From IMG/VR virus record IMGVR_UViG_3300048834_000253, positions 1 through 51,705 of that record: a stretch of 51,705 nucleotides of DNA; one strand, 5' to 3'. Source of the DNA: a virus. Taxonomy: Duplodnaviria > Caudoviricetes. Under the pieces are notes generated by a model that made no database searches, was not told the origin of the DNA, and worked only from the letters and a program-made list of their open reading frames with translations. Shown here one piece after another: positions 41,322 to 50,179 of this stretch. Position 1 is the first letter of the stretch. The number at the start of each line of letters is the position of its first letter. The translations under genes and the position numbers were made by a program.

Positions 41322-41600
41322 AATGAAAGGCTTTGTGTTCTGCCGTGCATCCGGCGGAAAAATCGAATTTGAACTCATGCCATGGGACTGCCGCTTGTGG
41401 GGCGAAACAGCACAAGACGGGCGAATCTTTGTCAAAGAGCACCTGACCACAGTCGAAGTGCCTGACGACTTCGACCCACGCCCCAGCAAGTCGCGGCACT
41501 GGAAGCCGAGAAGCAAAAGGCCCGCGCCGACTTCCAAGCTCGCATTACTGAGATTGACCGGCAGATTCAGAGCCTGATGGCAATTGAGGGGACAGCATGA
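41311..41600 (+). pseudogene. Phage protein with a 1-bp deletion frameshift
   Basis: Adding one C to the C4 run at 41481-41484 gives ...DFDPRPQQVAALEAEKQKARADFQARITEIDRQIQSLMAIEGTA, ending in an ATGA overlap. Confidence 0.7.
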
Positions 41601-41881
41601 ACACACACCCCAACCTCAGCACCGGCCTTTTCGTCTGCGCAATCTTCGCCGCTTTTTTCGCAGCGCAGCACTTGGACATGACCGACCACAGCGCAGAGCA
41701 CGCGCAGGCTCAAGAAATCGAGCAGCGCCTGAGCGAAGCAGAGCAGCAGCGCAGACGAGACACGGCAGCGCAGTACGCATGCGGGCCGCAGTCTGCTTAT
41801 GAGTGGATCACGCCCACAGTAGTGCAGTGCTACACGACACGGGGCAAGAAATCAGGCGCGGTGGAGGTAGCTGCGAAATGA
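41597..41881 (+). CDS. Hypothetical membrane-anchored protein
   Basis: N-terminal hydrophobic helix; coupled ORF. Confidence 0.7.
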   Translation: MNTHPNLSTGLFVCAIFAAFFAAQHLDMTDHSAEHAQAQEIEQRLSEAEQQRRRDTAAQYACGPQSAYEWITPTVVQCYTTRGKKSGAVEVAAK

Positions 41882-42201
41882 CCACACCAACCACAGACCG
41901 CGAACTGCTGGAGCTTGCGGCCAAGGCTGCGGGTTACGAATATGCCAAACACGGCGGGTACATCGTCGTTGATGGCATCCCTGGAAACTGGAACCCACTC
42001 ACCTACGACGGCGATGCGCTGCGGCTGGCGGTGAAGTTGAATCTCGGGATCAGCATCCCCGTGCATCAGACCATTCGTGCTGACGTTGTTTGCTTTCGTG
42101 ACGCTTCGGTAAATGTCAGAGAAGGCGGCGATGACCCCTACGCTGCAATCCGCCGCGCCATCGTCCGCGCAGCCGCCGCCATCGGGAAGGCAATGCCATG
42201 A
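41878..42201 (+). CDS. Conserved phage protein
   Basis: DRELLELAAKAAG...WNPL..DGDALRLAVKL...RRAIVRAAA.IGK family. Confidence 0.8.
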   Translation: MTTPTTDRELLELAAKAAGYEYAKHGGYIVVDGIPGNWNPLTYDGDALRLAVKLNLGISIPVHQTIRADVVCFRDASVNVREGGDDPYAAIRRAIVRAAAAIGKAMP

Positions 42202-42455
42202 GCGAAGCCTACGCAGCAGCCCACATCGCGCAGGAACTCGGAATCACCGTCCTGGCAGACGACGTGCCGAAGATCGTTGCGGCAATCCACCGCGCCTATG
42301 CCGTCGGGCAGCGCGATGGCGCCGCCGCAGAGCGCGATGCATGTGCCCACATTGCCAAGGCCGTCAGCGACAAATACGCCATCGGCTACTACGGCAACGA
42401 AGTGGACACCGCCGACGAGATCGAGTCCTCCATCCGTGCCCGAGGTGCCGCATGA
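42198..42455 (+). CDS. Hypothetical protein
   Basis: AERDACA..IRARG motif; coupled ORF. Confidence 0.7.
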   Translation: MSEAYAAAHIAQELGITVLADDVPKIVAAIHRAYAVGQRDGAAAERDACAHIAKAVSDKYAIGYYGNEVDTADEIESSIRARGAA

Positions 42456-42556
42456 ACACCGCCCGCATGTTCCTGAGCGTGTACCGCTTGTACCGCACCT
42501 GCAACCCGCGCCGCGTGGCTATATCAGCCGCTTGGAGCGCTATCAGACGGGGGTGA
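42452..42556 (+). CDS. Small hypothetical protein, 34 aa
   Basis: GAGG SD and ATGA overlap. Confidence 0.55.
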   Translation: MNTARMFLSVYRLYRTCNPRRVAISAAWSAIRRG

Positions 42557-42648
42557 TATGACACATCCAATGCTCCAAGAATCATGGGACGAAGCCGCAG
42601 CTTGCGCCCAGATCGAATACGACCAGAAACAATCTAAGGAGAGCACCA

Positions 42649-43308
42649 ATGGACAACATGAAACTTTGGCAGTCGGTTTGTGTGACCGACCCGAAAGCAG
42701 TAAAGCCGATCACGGGGAAGCAGTACAAGGGCAACTCCCCAAAACCATATTGGGTTATCCAGCGGGCTACAGAGGTGTTCGGCCCCTGTGGCCTGGGCTG
42801 GGGAGTGCAGATCCTTTCTGAGCGATTTGAGCGCTTCGGGGATGAAGCCCTGCACATCGCCCATGTCATGGTCTGGTACATGCAGGACGGCAAGCGCTGC
42901 GAGATTGAGCAGATGGGACAAACCCGCGCCGCGTACATCTCAGCCGCAGGCAAACACATCGTGGACGAGGACGCCCCCAAGAAGTCGGCCACGGACGGAA
43001 TGGTGAAGTGCTTGTCCATGCTGGGTTTTGCTGGGGACATTTTCAGCGGCCAGTGGGACGACTCCAAATACGTTGCATGGGCAGCGGAGGAAACCAAGCG
43101 CCGCGAGATGCCCACCATCACAGAGAAGCAGGCCGCAGACGTTGTCGCGCTGATTCAGGAAGTCGGTGCAGACAAGGTCGCATTCCTTGCATGGGTGGAA
43201 AAGATGGCGGGCCACCCCGTACCGACAGAGCAAGACATTCCAGCCGCCGCGCTGGACACCGTTACCAAAACCCTCGAAAAGAAACGCACTCAGAAAGCAG
43301 CAGCATGA
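42649..43308 (+). CDS. Rad52/Sak-like single-strand annealing recombinase
   Basis: FGPCG.GWG and DEDAPKKS.TDG..K.LS.LGF..DIF.G..DD.KY motifs; next to ssb. Confidence 0.8.
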   Translation: MDNMKLWQSVCVTDPKAVKPITGKQYKGNSPKPYWVIQRATEVFGPCGLGWGVQILSERFERFGDEALHIAHVMVWYMQDGKRCEIEQMGQTRAAYISAAGKHIVDEDAPKKSATDGMVKCLSMLGFAGDIFSGQWDDSKYVAWAAEETKRREMPTITEKQAADVVALIQEVGADKVAFLAWVEKMAGHPVPTEQDIPAAALDTVTKTLEKKRTQKAAA

Positions 43309-43703
43309 ACAACATCACGATCACCGGAACCCTTGGACGCGACATGGAGCAGCGCGTAATGCCAAACGGCGACCCCGTAGGCAATTTCTCAGTAGCAGAC
43401 AGCCAAGGCCGCGAAAAGCCCACGATCTGGTGGAACTGCCAGCTTTTTGGCAAGCGAGTATCTGCCCTTGCGCCCTATCTCATGAAGGGCCAGCAAGTGA
43501 CCGTGGCAGGCACTGTGACAGAGCGCGAGTGGACGGACAAAGAAGGCGGCAAGCGAAAGCAGATGGACGTGCGCGTGAATGACATTGCATTACAGGGTGG
43601 AAAGCGCGATCAGTCGGAAGCACCGCGCCAACCTATGGCGTCAGCACCTGCGACCACCTTTGCAGGCGGTTTCCCGAATGATGAAGACCCGATTCCATTC
43701 TGA
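43305..43703 (+). CDS. ssb: Single-stranded DNA-binding protein
   Basis: G.LGRD.E.R, FSVA, KG..V.V.G OB-fold motifs; acidic DEDPIPF tail. Confidence 0.95.
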   Translation: MNNITITGTLGRDMEQRVMPNGDPVGNFSVADSQGREKPTIWWNCQLFGKRVSALAPYLMKGQQVTVAGTVTEREWTDKEGGKRKQMDVRVNDIALQGGKRDQSEAPRQPMASAPATTFAGGFPNDEDPIPF

Positions 43704-43705
43704 CC

Positions 43706-43879
43706 ATGGCCCAACGCGATTACAAGCGGTACGCCCAGACGCCCAAGGGCAAGGCCGCAAGAGCCAGGGCGCACGCTAAGTACATCGCAAAACGGCGTGA
43801 ACTGAATCAACAACCGAAGGCCAGCACTGCCGCAGTCGCTGGCCTTATTACTTCATGGGGGCGCAATGGCAATCCCTGA
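43706..43879 (+). CDS. Small basic protein, 57 aa
   Basis: MAQRDYKRYAQTPKGKAARARA...; fills the intergenic gap. Confidence 0.6.
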   Translation: MAQRDYKRYAQTPKGKAARARAHAKYIAKRRELNQQPKASTAAVAGLITSWGRNGNP

Positions 43880-44084
43880 CCTGAGCGATACCGAGAAGAT
43901 GGCCTTGATTGGCCGTCAGACGGTTCTGAGAAAAGCACGACGCGAAGCAGCGCAAAAGATACGTGATCGGATCGTCCCGATATGCAACGCCTTTGACAGC
44001 GGGCATGACTGGGACTTGTCTGGAATCGTCCCGCTGATTGAGGAAATCAACAGGATCAATCACGCACTGAACGAGCTTTGCTAA
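43866..44084 (+). CDS. Hypothetical protein
   Basis: 72-aa ORF before a terminator. Confidence 0.65.
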   Translation: MAIPDLSDTEKMALIGRQTVLRKARREAAQKIRDRIVPICNAFDSGHDWDLSGIVPLIEEINRINHALNELC

Positions 44085-44095
44085 ACCCACACCCC

Positions 44096-44118
44096 AGCCC
44101 GCACCAGCGGGCTTTTTT
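44096..44118 (+). terminator. Intrinsic terminator
   Basis: AGCCCGC-ACCA-GCGGGCT followed by a T run. Confidence 0.85.
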
Positions 44119-44129
44119 ATGGATAACCA

Positions 44130-44872
44130 ATGCAAATCGCATCCGAAGTTCTCGCCGTTCTCAGTGCCGCCCAGGTGGATGGCTGTCATGTCGCACTCAC
44201 CGGTCAACTAGACCGCAAGCTGTATGAGCGCACAAACAAGGTTCTGGAGGCTGCTGGAGGCAAGTGGAACCGCAAGGCGCGTGCCCATGTCTTCGACGGC
44301 GATGCGGCAGAGCGGATGGACCAGATCATCCTCAGTGGCTCTGTCGAAGTGCCAAAGGATGAATTCAACTTCTTCCCCTCACCACCGGCTGTGATTGAAC
44401 GCCTGATGGAACTGGCCGACATTGAGCCAGGCATGCGCGTGCTGGAGCCCAGTGCGGGACAGGGCGCAATTGTGCATTGGCCTGCGCCGAGGCGGGCGCC
44501 CTGGTGGACTGTTGCGAGCTGATGGCAGCGAACCACGAGCACCTACTGAAGTTGCCGGGCCTGCGCATTGTGGAGCGTCGGGACTTCCTGGCCGCGCCAC
44601 CAGACCAGACCTACGATCGTGTGGTGATGAACCCGCCATTCCTCAAGCAAGCAGACATCAAGCACGTCACCCACGCGCACAAGTTCTTGAAGCCGGGGGG
44701 GCTGCTGGTGTCTGTCATGGCGGCCGGTGTCACTTTTCGCACAGATGCCAGCACCAAGGCATTTCTCGCCCTGGTCGAAGAGCGCGGCGGCCATGTCGAG
44801 CCGCTACCAGAAAACTCCTTCAAGACCAGCGGCACCGGCGTCAATACGGTGATTGCGGTCATACCTGCATGA
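44130..44872 (+). pseudogene. Amino-methyltransferase (LEPSAG/NPPF) split by a frameshift
   Basis: Motif I VLEPSAGQGAI is in one frame and motif IV VMNPPF in another. Removing TG at about 44472 (ATTG[TG]CATTG) restores GAIALACAEAG. Confidence 0.8.
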
Positions 44873-44879
44873 GGCCGTC

Positions 44880-45149
44880 ATGACCACTCTACCCCCCCCG
44901 CAAAAACTGCGCCTGAAACACGAAACCAAGCGCTTGATGCTGCGCCGCAAGCTGTGGCGCCGCCGCGCCCTTGACGCAGCCCTTGAACTCGCCACCTGGC
45001 CGCCCGGCAAGCCCGACCGCGAGAAATGCGAGGCCGAGGTGCACAAGACCATCAACAAGCTGCGCCAGTGGTTCCGAGATCCCCGCGCGTCGCTGGTGAT
45101 TCAGGCGGTGCAGCGCAGAGCGGTTGCCGCGTTTCGCTCGCGGTCATAA
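44880..45149 (+). CDS. Hypothetical basic protein
   Basis: GAGG SD before ATG 44880. Confidence 0.6.
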   Translation: MTTLPPPQKLRLKHETKRLMLRRKLWRRRALDAALELATWPPGKPDREKCEAEVHKTINKLRQWFRDPRASLVIQAVQRRAVAAFRSRS

Positions 45150-45156
45150 CCAACCC

Positions 45157-45181
45157 AGCCACCCGACGAGGTGGCTTTTTT
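45157..45181 (+). terminator. Intrinsic terminator
   Basis: AGCCACC/GGTGGCT stem followed by a T run. Confidence 0.8.
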
Positions 45182-45186
45182 ACGCC

Positions 45187-45516
45187 ATGACCAAATCCAA
45201 GTCCCCAATCAACTTCCTCGACCCATCCACCCTGCGCATCGTTGACGAACCCTACAAAGACGGGCGATCAATCCCGGTGTCAAAGTACGAAGCCATCTTC
45301 TCTGCCCTCAAGCCGAACCAGCGCATGGTGTGCCCGAACGGTTCAGCCAGCCGCCTATCTGCCCAGCTTCGCAACTGGCTGGAAAAGAAGGGCCACAAAG
45401 AACCCATCGTTCGCGCCAGGGAGCGGTGCGATGACGGAGAGGGTGGCGTCCGGTGGATCAAGGAAGCTGAAAAGCCCAAGAGCGTGTGGCGCGGCCTGGA
45501 GAAGAAAGCAGCATGA
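45187..45516 (+). CDS. Hypothetical DNA-binding protein
   Basis: SKY..IF..LK and GVRW motifs. Confidence 0.65.
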   Translation: MTKSKSPINFLDPSTLRIVDEPYKDGRSIPVSKYEAIFSALKPNQRMVCPNGSASRLSAQLRNWLEKKGHKEPIVRARERCDDGEGGVRWIKEAEKPKSVWRGLEKKAA

Positions 45517-46004
45517 GCACGCTACTCGACTACCTCAAACCCCGCGTGAAAGAGGATGCCGACTGCTGGATCTGGCAGCTTGGATTGACCAGCAATTGCA
45601 CCCCCACAATGCACCCCACCGGGCACAAACAGACTTCCGTGCGGCGGTGGATGGCGCAGCAGATGGGCAAAGCTATCCCTGCAAACCACGTCGCCACAAA
45701 CACTTGCGGTAATCCTCAGTGCGTTGCACCCGATCACCTGCTGATTGCATCGCGCAGCAAGCTGGGCAAGATGACAGATGCACGCACGGGGTTTACGCGC
45801 ACCCCGCAGCGCCGGAAAAAGATTTCCGACAGCAAGCGTGCCACGGCCAAGCTCAATCCCGAAGCGGTGCGCGCCATTCGCGCAGCGAAAAGCTCGGTGC
45901 AAGTCGCGCAGGAATACGGCATTGCCAAAGCCACTGCGATCCGCATCCGAGCTTATGAAAGCTGGCGAGACTACAGCAGCCCATTCGCTGCGTTGATGGG
46001 TTAG
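45513..46004 (+). CDS. HNH-like (His-Cys box-type) endonuclease homologue
   Basis: CWIW, TCGNPQCVAPDHL and AKL....V..IR C-terminal HTH; active site looks degenerate. Confidence 0.7.
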   Translation: MSTLLDYLKPRVKEDADCWIWQLGLTSNCTPTMHPTGHKQTSVRRWMAQQMGKAIPANHVATNTCGNPQCVAPDHLLIASRSKLGKMTDARTGFTRTPQRRKKISDSKRATAKLNPEAVRAIRAAKSSVQVAQEYGIAKATAIRIRAYESWRDYSSPFAALMG

Positions 46005-46008
46005 GCAA

Positions 46009-46464
46009 ATGAAAAAGCAATCAGCCTACTCCCGCAAACGCTGGCAAGCTGACCCGCTGGCATCCCTGCGCCTGCTAGACCGCGCCCGGCCATTTGATGC
46101 GGGCGACACCACAGAGCAGCACATCAAGACCCGCGCCGCGTTTGAGCGACTGGCAGACGGCACCGCAGACAACGACGATTTCGACCGCGTGGCGATGGCG
46201 CTGAATCTTGCCAAGATTCGGGCGCTGGAAATTGATCGTGGCCTGGCTGACCTGCTCGAAGTCGGGCAAGAGGCAATGACAGCAGTCAGAAAGCGGCATG
46301 ACAAGTGGGCGAAGTGGGAAGTGCTGCCAGCAGAGCGCACGGCCATCGTTGACGCATTGGACGCACACGAAGCCATCACAGACGCCAGCAGCCCATTGCA
46401 GATGTATGAAGCGCTGGATGTGGTGCGGCGCAGTGTGTTGAAGAACATGAGGAACGCAGCATGA
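46009..46464 (+). CDS. Conserved phage protein
   Basis: Helical ORF with typical codon usage. Confidence 0.7.
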   Translation: MKKQSAYSRKRWQADPLASLRLLDRARPFDAGDTTEQHIKTRAAFERLADGTADNDDFDRVAMALNLAKIRALEIDRGLADLLEVGQEAMTAVRKRHDKWAKWEVLPAERTAIVDALDAHEAITDASSPLQMYEALDVVRRSVLKNMRNAA

Positions 46465-46742
46465 CAACCAAAGGACACGAAATGACAGACCAATTTTCCC
46501 CCGCCGACATGGCAACAGCATCCGCCGATGGATTCCGCGCCAGAGATGCCGAAGTGGCGAAGCTCAAAGGCCAGCGCGCCGTGCTGTGTTCGCTGCTGCG
46601 CGAGTGCCTGCCGGTGATTGATGCGCTGATGCAGATGCCCGGAGACGACGACAGCGACGCACGCTTGAATGGGCTGGCAGGCCGTATCACGGGCGCGCTG
46701 AATGCGCTGGCAGAGGATCAGGTGAAGGGTGGTGAGTCGTGA
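46461..46742 (+). CDS. Hypothetical protein
   Basis: DMATASADGFR motif; coupled ORF. Confidence 0.65.
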   Translation: MTTKGHEMTDQFSPADMATASADGFRARDAEVAKLKGQRAVLCSLLRECLPVIDALMQMPGDDDSDARLNGLAGRITGALNALAEDQVKGGES

Positions 46743-46981
46743 AGCGCAAAGAAATCGACGCCATCAAGACCGAAGTCAACAGACTTCTCCAGCGCATTGA
46801 CGACATGGAGCGATGCGCAGGATGGACACGGTACAGCTCCACACAAAATGCAGCCGGAAATTACGACCATGCAACCAGCAAGCCGCACCCGGAAGACGTC
46901 TTCAACTACGGGAAGTACACCGCAGCGGTCAAGCGCGCAAGCCTTGATTTGAGCAAAGCACTTGTGGAGATTCGGAGATGA
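46739..46981 (+). CDS. Hypothetical protein
   Basis: GTGA/ATGA overlaps. Confidence 0.65.
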   Translation: MKRKEIDAIKTEVNRLLQRIDDMERCAGWTRYSSTQNAAGNYDHATSKPHPEDVFNYGKYTAAVKRASLDLSKALVEIRR

Positions 46982-47352
46982 CAGGCAAACAACAACCCGA
47001 GGCGCTGCGGCTGGCCGATGCGCTTGCATACTGCGATGCCAGCGTCGCATCGCAGGCAGCCGCCGAACTGCGCTGCCTGCACGCCGAGAACACCGCACTC
47101 CAGGCTGGCTACGCAGCAGCGCGGCTGGAGATTGAGTCGCTACGAGCCGCACAGCCTGCGGGAGCACCCCAGCCCTCGCCCGCATCGCAGGATGCTGCGC
47201 GGCTGGACTGGCTAGAAAACGACGCAGGATGCCGCGTATTCCACCTGGGAAAATCTTGGTACACCCGCGCCAACTTCGGGATGCCGTACCGCAAGCGAGC
47301 AAGCCTGCGTGAAGCAATCGACGCTGCCAGTGCAGCACAGGAGGGGAAGTGA
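46978..47352 (+). CDS. Hypothetical mosaic protein
   Basis: QPEALRLADAL..AAAELR.LH.E and DAARLDWLE..LREAIDAA modules. Confidence 0.7.
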   Translation: MTGKQQPEALRLADALAYCDASVASQAAAELRCLHAENTALQAGYAAARLEIESLRAAQPAGAPQPSPASQDAARLDWLENDAGCRVFHLGKSWYTRANFGMPYRKRASLREAIDAASAAQEGK

Positions 47353-47645
47353 TGAGACTCCGTTGGAAATTGAAACCCAGAAAAACCGGCCTGATGGCCA
47401 TCGGCGCCGGGCCTCGCGGTAGCGTTCTGCATGACGGGAAAAGCACTTTCGCCTCTGTGATCGCACATATCCCGCAGCACACAGGGCGCACAGAATGGCT
47501 TTGGGTAGCAGGCTGGGACTCCGATGTCCCGTACTACAACTCATGCAACGACTCTGGATTGACGGAAGCGGAAGCCAAAGCTGCGGCCATGGCGTACGTC
47601 AAGAAGCATTTGGCGCGGCTGGAGGGCAAGAGCCATGACAACTGA
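47349..47645 (+). CDS. Hypothetical protein
   Basis: Coupled ORF. Confidence 0.65.
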   Translation: MMRLRWKLKPRKTGLMAIGAGPRGSVLHDGKSTFASVIAHIPQHTGRTEWLWVAGWDSDVPYYNSCNDSGLTEAEAKAAAMAYVKKHLARLEGKSHDN

Positions 47646-47793
47646 AGAACTACTCAGCCTGATGCGCCTGCTCTCTGCGATGGAAAGCGCAATGCTGGCA
47701 TCCAAGGTGCCGTTCCCGGACTACCTCAGCGATGAGGTAACGCGGCACACGAAGATCATCGAACGAGAGATTTTGGCAAGGAGCAAACCATGA
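47635..47793 (+). CDS. Small hypothetical protein, 52 aa
   Basis: GGAGG SD; MTTEELLSLMRLLSAMES. Confidence 0.6.
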   Translation: MTTEELLSLMRLLSAMESAMLASKVPFPDYLSDEVTRHTKIIEREILARSKP

Positions 47794-48332
47794 CTGAGCC
47801 GACAGAACTGCTGCCGTGCCCGTTTTGCGGTGCCGGTGAATCGCAAATCCATGTGAACAAGGGCACATGGAACGGTCGCGGGTATGGCGAGCCAGTTTCC
47901 GTCGAGGTGCGGCACTGGTGCACCGATGTTCCGGGCCAGCCTTCGCGCATGATTTCACGAGCTGGGCGTGATGCGGCATCCGCAACAGCTGCATGGAACA
48001 CGCGCACCCCGCAGCCCACCCAGGCGCAGGCCGGGGCGGTTCCGCTGACGGACATTCGCAAGGCTGCGCTTGACCTGTATACGCCGCCATTCCGGCATGA
48101 GTATGGCTACATCCGTGACGCCAATCACCAGATGGTTGCCGATGATGCTGGCTCCGAAGGCACCGGTCTGATTACCTCTCGCATCCGAGGCTGGGGGCGC
48201 ATTCAGTACATGGACAAGCCGGAGCAGCGGGCAGCAGCGCTGCAGGACGAAGTGGCCGAGATCGTTGCCGAGGCGCTGAATGCGTACTGGTCCATCCACG
48301 GCATCAAAGGAGGCCAGCATGGAACTGAGTGA
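47790..48332 (+). CDS. Lar-like (restriction alleviation) zinc-ribbon fusion protein
   Basis: LLPCPFCG...A..AWNTR N-terminal domain. Confidence 0.65.
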   Translation: MTEPTELLPCPFCGAGESQIHVNKGTWNGRGYGEPVSVEVRHWCTDVPGQPSRMISRAGRDAASATAAWNTRTPQPTQAQAGAVPLTDIRKAALDLYTPPFRHEYGYIRDANHQMVADDAGSEGTGLITSRIRGWGRIQYMDKPEQRAAALQDEVAEIVAEALNAYWSIHGIKGGQHGTE

Positions 48333-48576
48333 TGAGCAGATCAGTCGCATATGGGATGCGCACACCGTTCCGGTGTTCGGCAAGACGGGTATCAACCCAA
48401 TTGTGTTCGCCCGCGCCATCGAAGCCGAGGTGCGCAAAGGCGACACAGAGCTGATTCGGCAACTGGTGGAGGCGCTTGAGCAAAGTCACGCAACTCTGTG
48501 GGAAGAAGATGACGACCCCGCACGACCAGTGCATGAAGCAATCGTCGCAGGCCGTGCGCGGCTGGAGAAACCATGA
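48319..48576 (+). CDS. Hypothetical protein
   Basis: AGGAGG SD; LSDEQI..FARAIEA motif. Confidence 0.7.
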   Translation: MELSDEQISRIWDAHTVPVFGKTGINPIVFARAIEAEVRKGDTELIRQLVEALEQSHATLWEEDDDPARPVHEAIVAGRARLEKP

Positions 48577-48737
48577 ATCTTATTGAAATCACCTTCGCCT
48601 CCTGCATGGCAGCCTGCTTTGGACTGCTGATCGGATGGGCTTCGGCGCACGAAACCGTTGCGAAAGAGTGCGAGCGCCTTGGCGGGTTTTACGTCAACAA
48701 GACGGTTTACAAATGCGCGAAGGACAGCAAGCCATGA
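48573..48737 (+). CDS. Small membrane protein, 54 aa
   Basis: W..AH.TVA.ECERLG.FYV....YKC motif. Confidence 0.65.
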   Translation: MNLIEITFASCMAACFGLLIGWASAHETVAKECERLGGFYVNKTVYKCAKDSKP

Positions 48738-48889
48738 CCCCCGAAGAAATCATCGCCATGGCGCGCGAAGCGGGCTTTGAGCTGGCAGACAACGCAACGG
48801 ACGAGGCACTCAATCGCTTCCGCGCCTTCGCCGCCCTTGCCTCCGAAGCAGAGCGAAAAATCACAAGCCCCGGTAAGGGGCTTTTTTAA
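48734..48889 (+). CDS. Small hypothetical protein
   Basis: II.MAREAG...FAAL motif. Confidence 0.6.
   Translation: MTPEEIIAMAREAGFELADNATDEALNRFRAFAALASEAERKITSPGKGLF
48865..48887 (+). terminator. Intrinsic terminator upstream of xis
   Basis: AAGCCCC-GGTAA-GGGGCTT followed by a T run. Confidence 0.8.
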
Positions 48890-48901
48890 TGGGGGGACGG
48901 A

Positions 48902-49111
48902 ATGAACGATCTCATGACGCTTGACGACATAGCGCAGATGCATCGCTGCTCAGTGCGCCACACTCGCGACGTACTGGTTCGGTTACCTGGTTTCCCGGAC
49001 GAAGCACCAACGTCAACGCCGCGCAATCGGCTATGGCTGCGAAGCGAAGTTCGAGCTTACGTGCACAGGAAATCCGCACAAATCACGCACATGCGCCTGA
49101 AAGCCGCATGA
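48902..49111 (+). CDS. xis: Excisionase/AlpA-like recombination directionality factor
   Basis: LMTLDDIA, PGFP and LW..SEV motifs; adjacent to attP/int. Confidence 0.8.
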   Translation: MNDLMTLDDIAQMHRCSVRHTRDVLVRLPGFPDEAPTSTPRNRLWLRSEVRAYVHRKSAQITHMRLKAA

Positions 49112-49253
49112 ATGCTGTGTTTGCATTCCTGTCGAGGGGACCAGTGAAGGGAATTAAAGGGAAATAGCGAACATCCCACAGAGGGCAAGTGCTACAGTCC
49201 CACGCACGGAAGTCGCAATCTCCACGCACGCGGCCCGCACAAGATCACGCACA
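49074..49253. repeat. Integrase arm-type repeats flanking the attP core
   Basis: CCGCACAA(G)ATCACGCACA at 49074-49091 and 49235-49253; CACGCACG at 49201 and 49223. Confidence 0.7.
49125..49143 (+). other. attP core = tRNA 3' end (ATTCCTGTCGAGGGGACCA)
   Basis: Half T-loop, T-stem, 7-nt acceptor strand, discriminator and CCA. Confidence 0.75.
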
Positions 49254-49255
49254 GC

Positions 49256-50179
49256 ATGGCATCAATCCGCAAGTACCGCGACAAGTGGCGCGCAGAAGTG
49301 CAGCGCCATGGCATCCGGGCGTCCCACCTGTGCGCGACAAAACGCGAGGCCCAGGCATGGGCGCTTGCGAAAGAGGCCGAGCTAGACCGGCTCAAAGGCT
49401 CAGGCGGCAAGACGTTGGGGGATGCTGTGGGCGAGTACCTGCGGACGGTAAGCGTGCGCAAGAAAAAGCCAGAGTGGGAAGCGCGCCGATTCGATTACTT
49501 CATGGCGCACTTTGGCGAGAGCACGCCACTGGCTTCAATCACGCGGGCAGAGATTGGCAAGTGGCGAGACGAACGGCTGAAAACCGTAGTCGGGGCCACA
49601 GTGCAGCGCGAAGCGAACCTGCTGCGCAACCTGTTCACCGTCGCCATGAATGAATGGGAGTGGATTGAGTCGCACCCATTCCGGGGCGTGCACATGCCTG
49701 AACAGACAGAAGCGCGCCGTCAGGTGTGGGGATGGCAGCAAATCAAGCGCGTGCTGCGCTCTGACCGAGACAAGAAGATGGGCGAGGTGGTGAAGGCGTT
49801 CCATATCGCATTGCATACCGGCATGCGGCTGGGCGAAGTGCTGACGGGCACCTATGACGCCAGGCGCCGGGTGTATGTTCTAGAGCGCACGAAAACCGGT
49901 GGCTATGTCGAGGTGCCACTTACCCGGCGCGTGGTGAAGCTGCTGCCTTCCACTTTCACCATAGAGGCAAATGAGGCCAGCACGTTGTTTTCGCGCCTAA
50001 CCCGACAATTGCTGCTGGGCGACCTGACGTTTCATGACACGCGCGCCACGGCATTGACGTTGCTTGCTCGACGGGTAGATGTCATGACTTTAGCCCGCAT
50101 ATCGAGGCACAAGGACATCAGCCTGCTTTTTCGTGTTTACTACCGAGAATCAGCGGAAACTATATCCAAAAGACTCTAA
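49256..50179 (+). CDS. int: Tyrosine integrase
   Basis: TGMRLGE (R), TK (K), FHDTR (HxxR), SRHKD (H) and VYY (Y). Confidence 0.93.
   Translation: MASIRKYRDKWRAEVQRHGIRASHLCATKREAQAWALAKEAELDRLKGSGGKTLGDAVGEYLRTVSVRKKKPEWEARRFDYFMAHFGESTPLASITRAEIGKWRDERLKTVVGATVQREANLLRNLFTVAMNEWEWIESHPFRGVHMPEQTEARRQVWGWQQIKRVLRSDRDKKMGEVVKAFHIALHTGMRLGEVLTGTYDARRRVYVLERTKTGGYVEVPLTRRVVKLLPSTFTIEANEASTLFSRLTRQLLLGDLTFHDTRATALTLLARRVDVMTLARISRHKDISLLFRVYYRESAETISKRL

Noticed and set aside
42558-42821. 87-aa ORF overlapping the recombinase
   Set aside because: Two-thirds overlaps a well-supported gene; only the first 30 or so codons might be real, so it is not called.
49125-49143. Full tRNA gene
   Set aside because: Only the 3' 19 nt are present; no D or anticodon arms.
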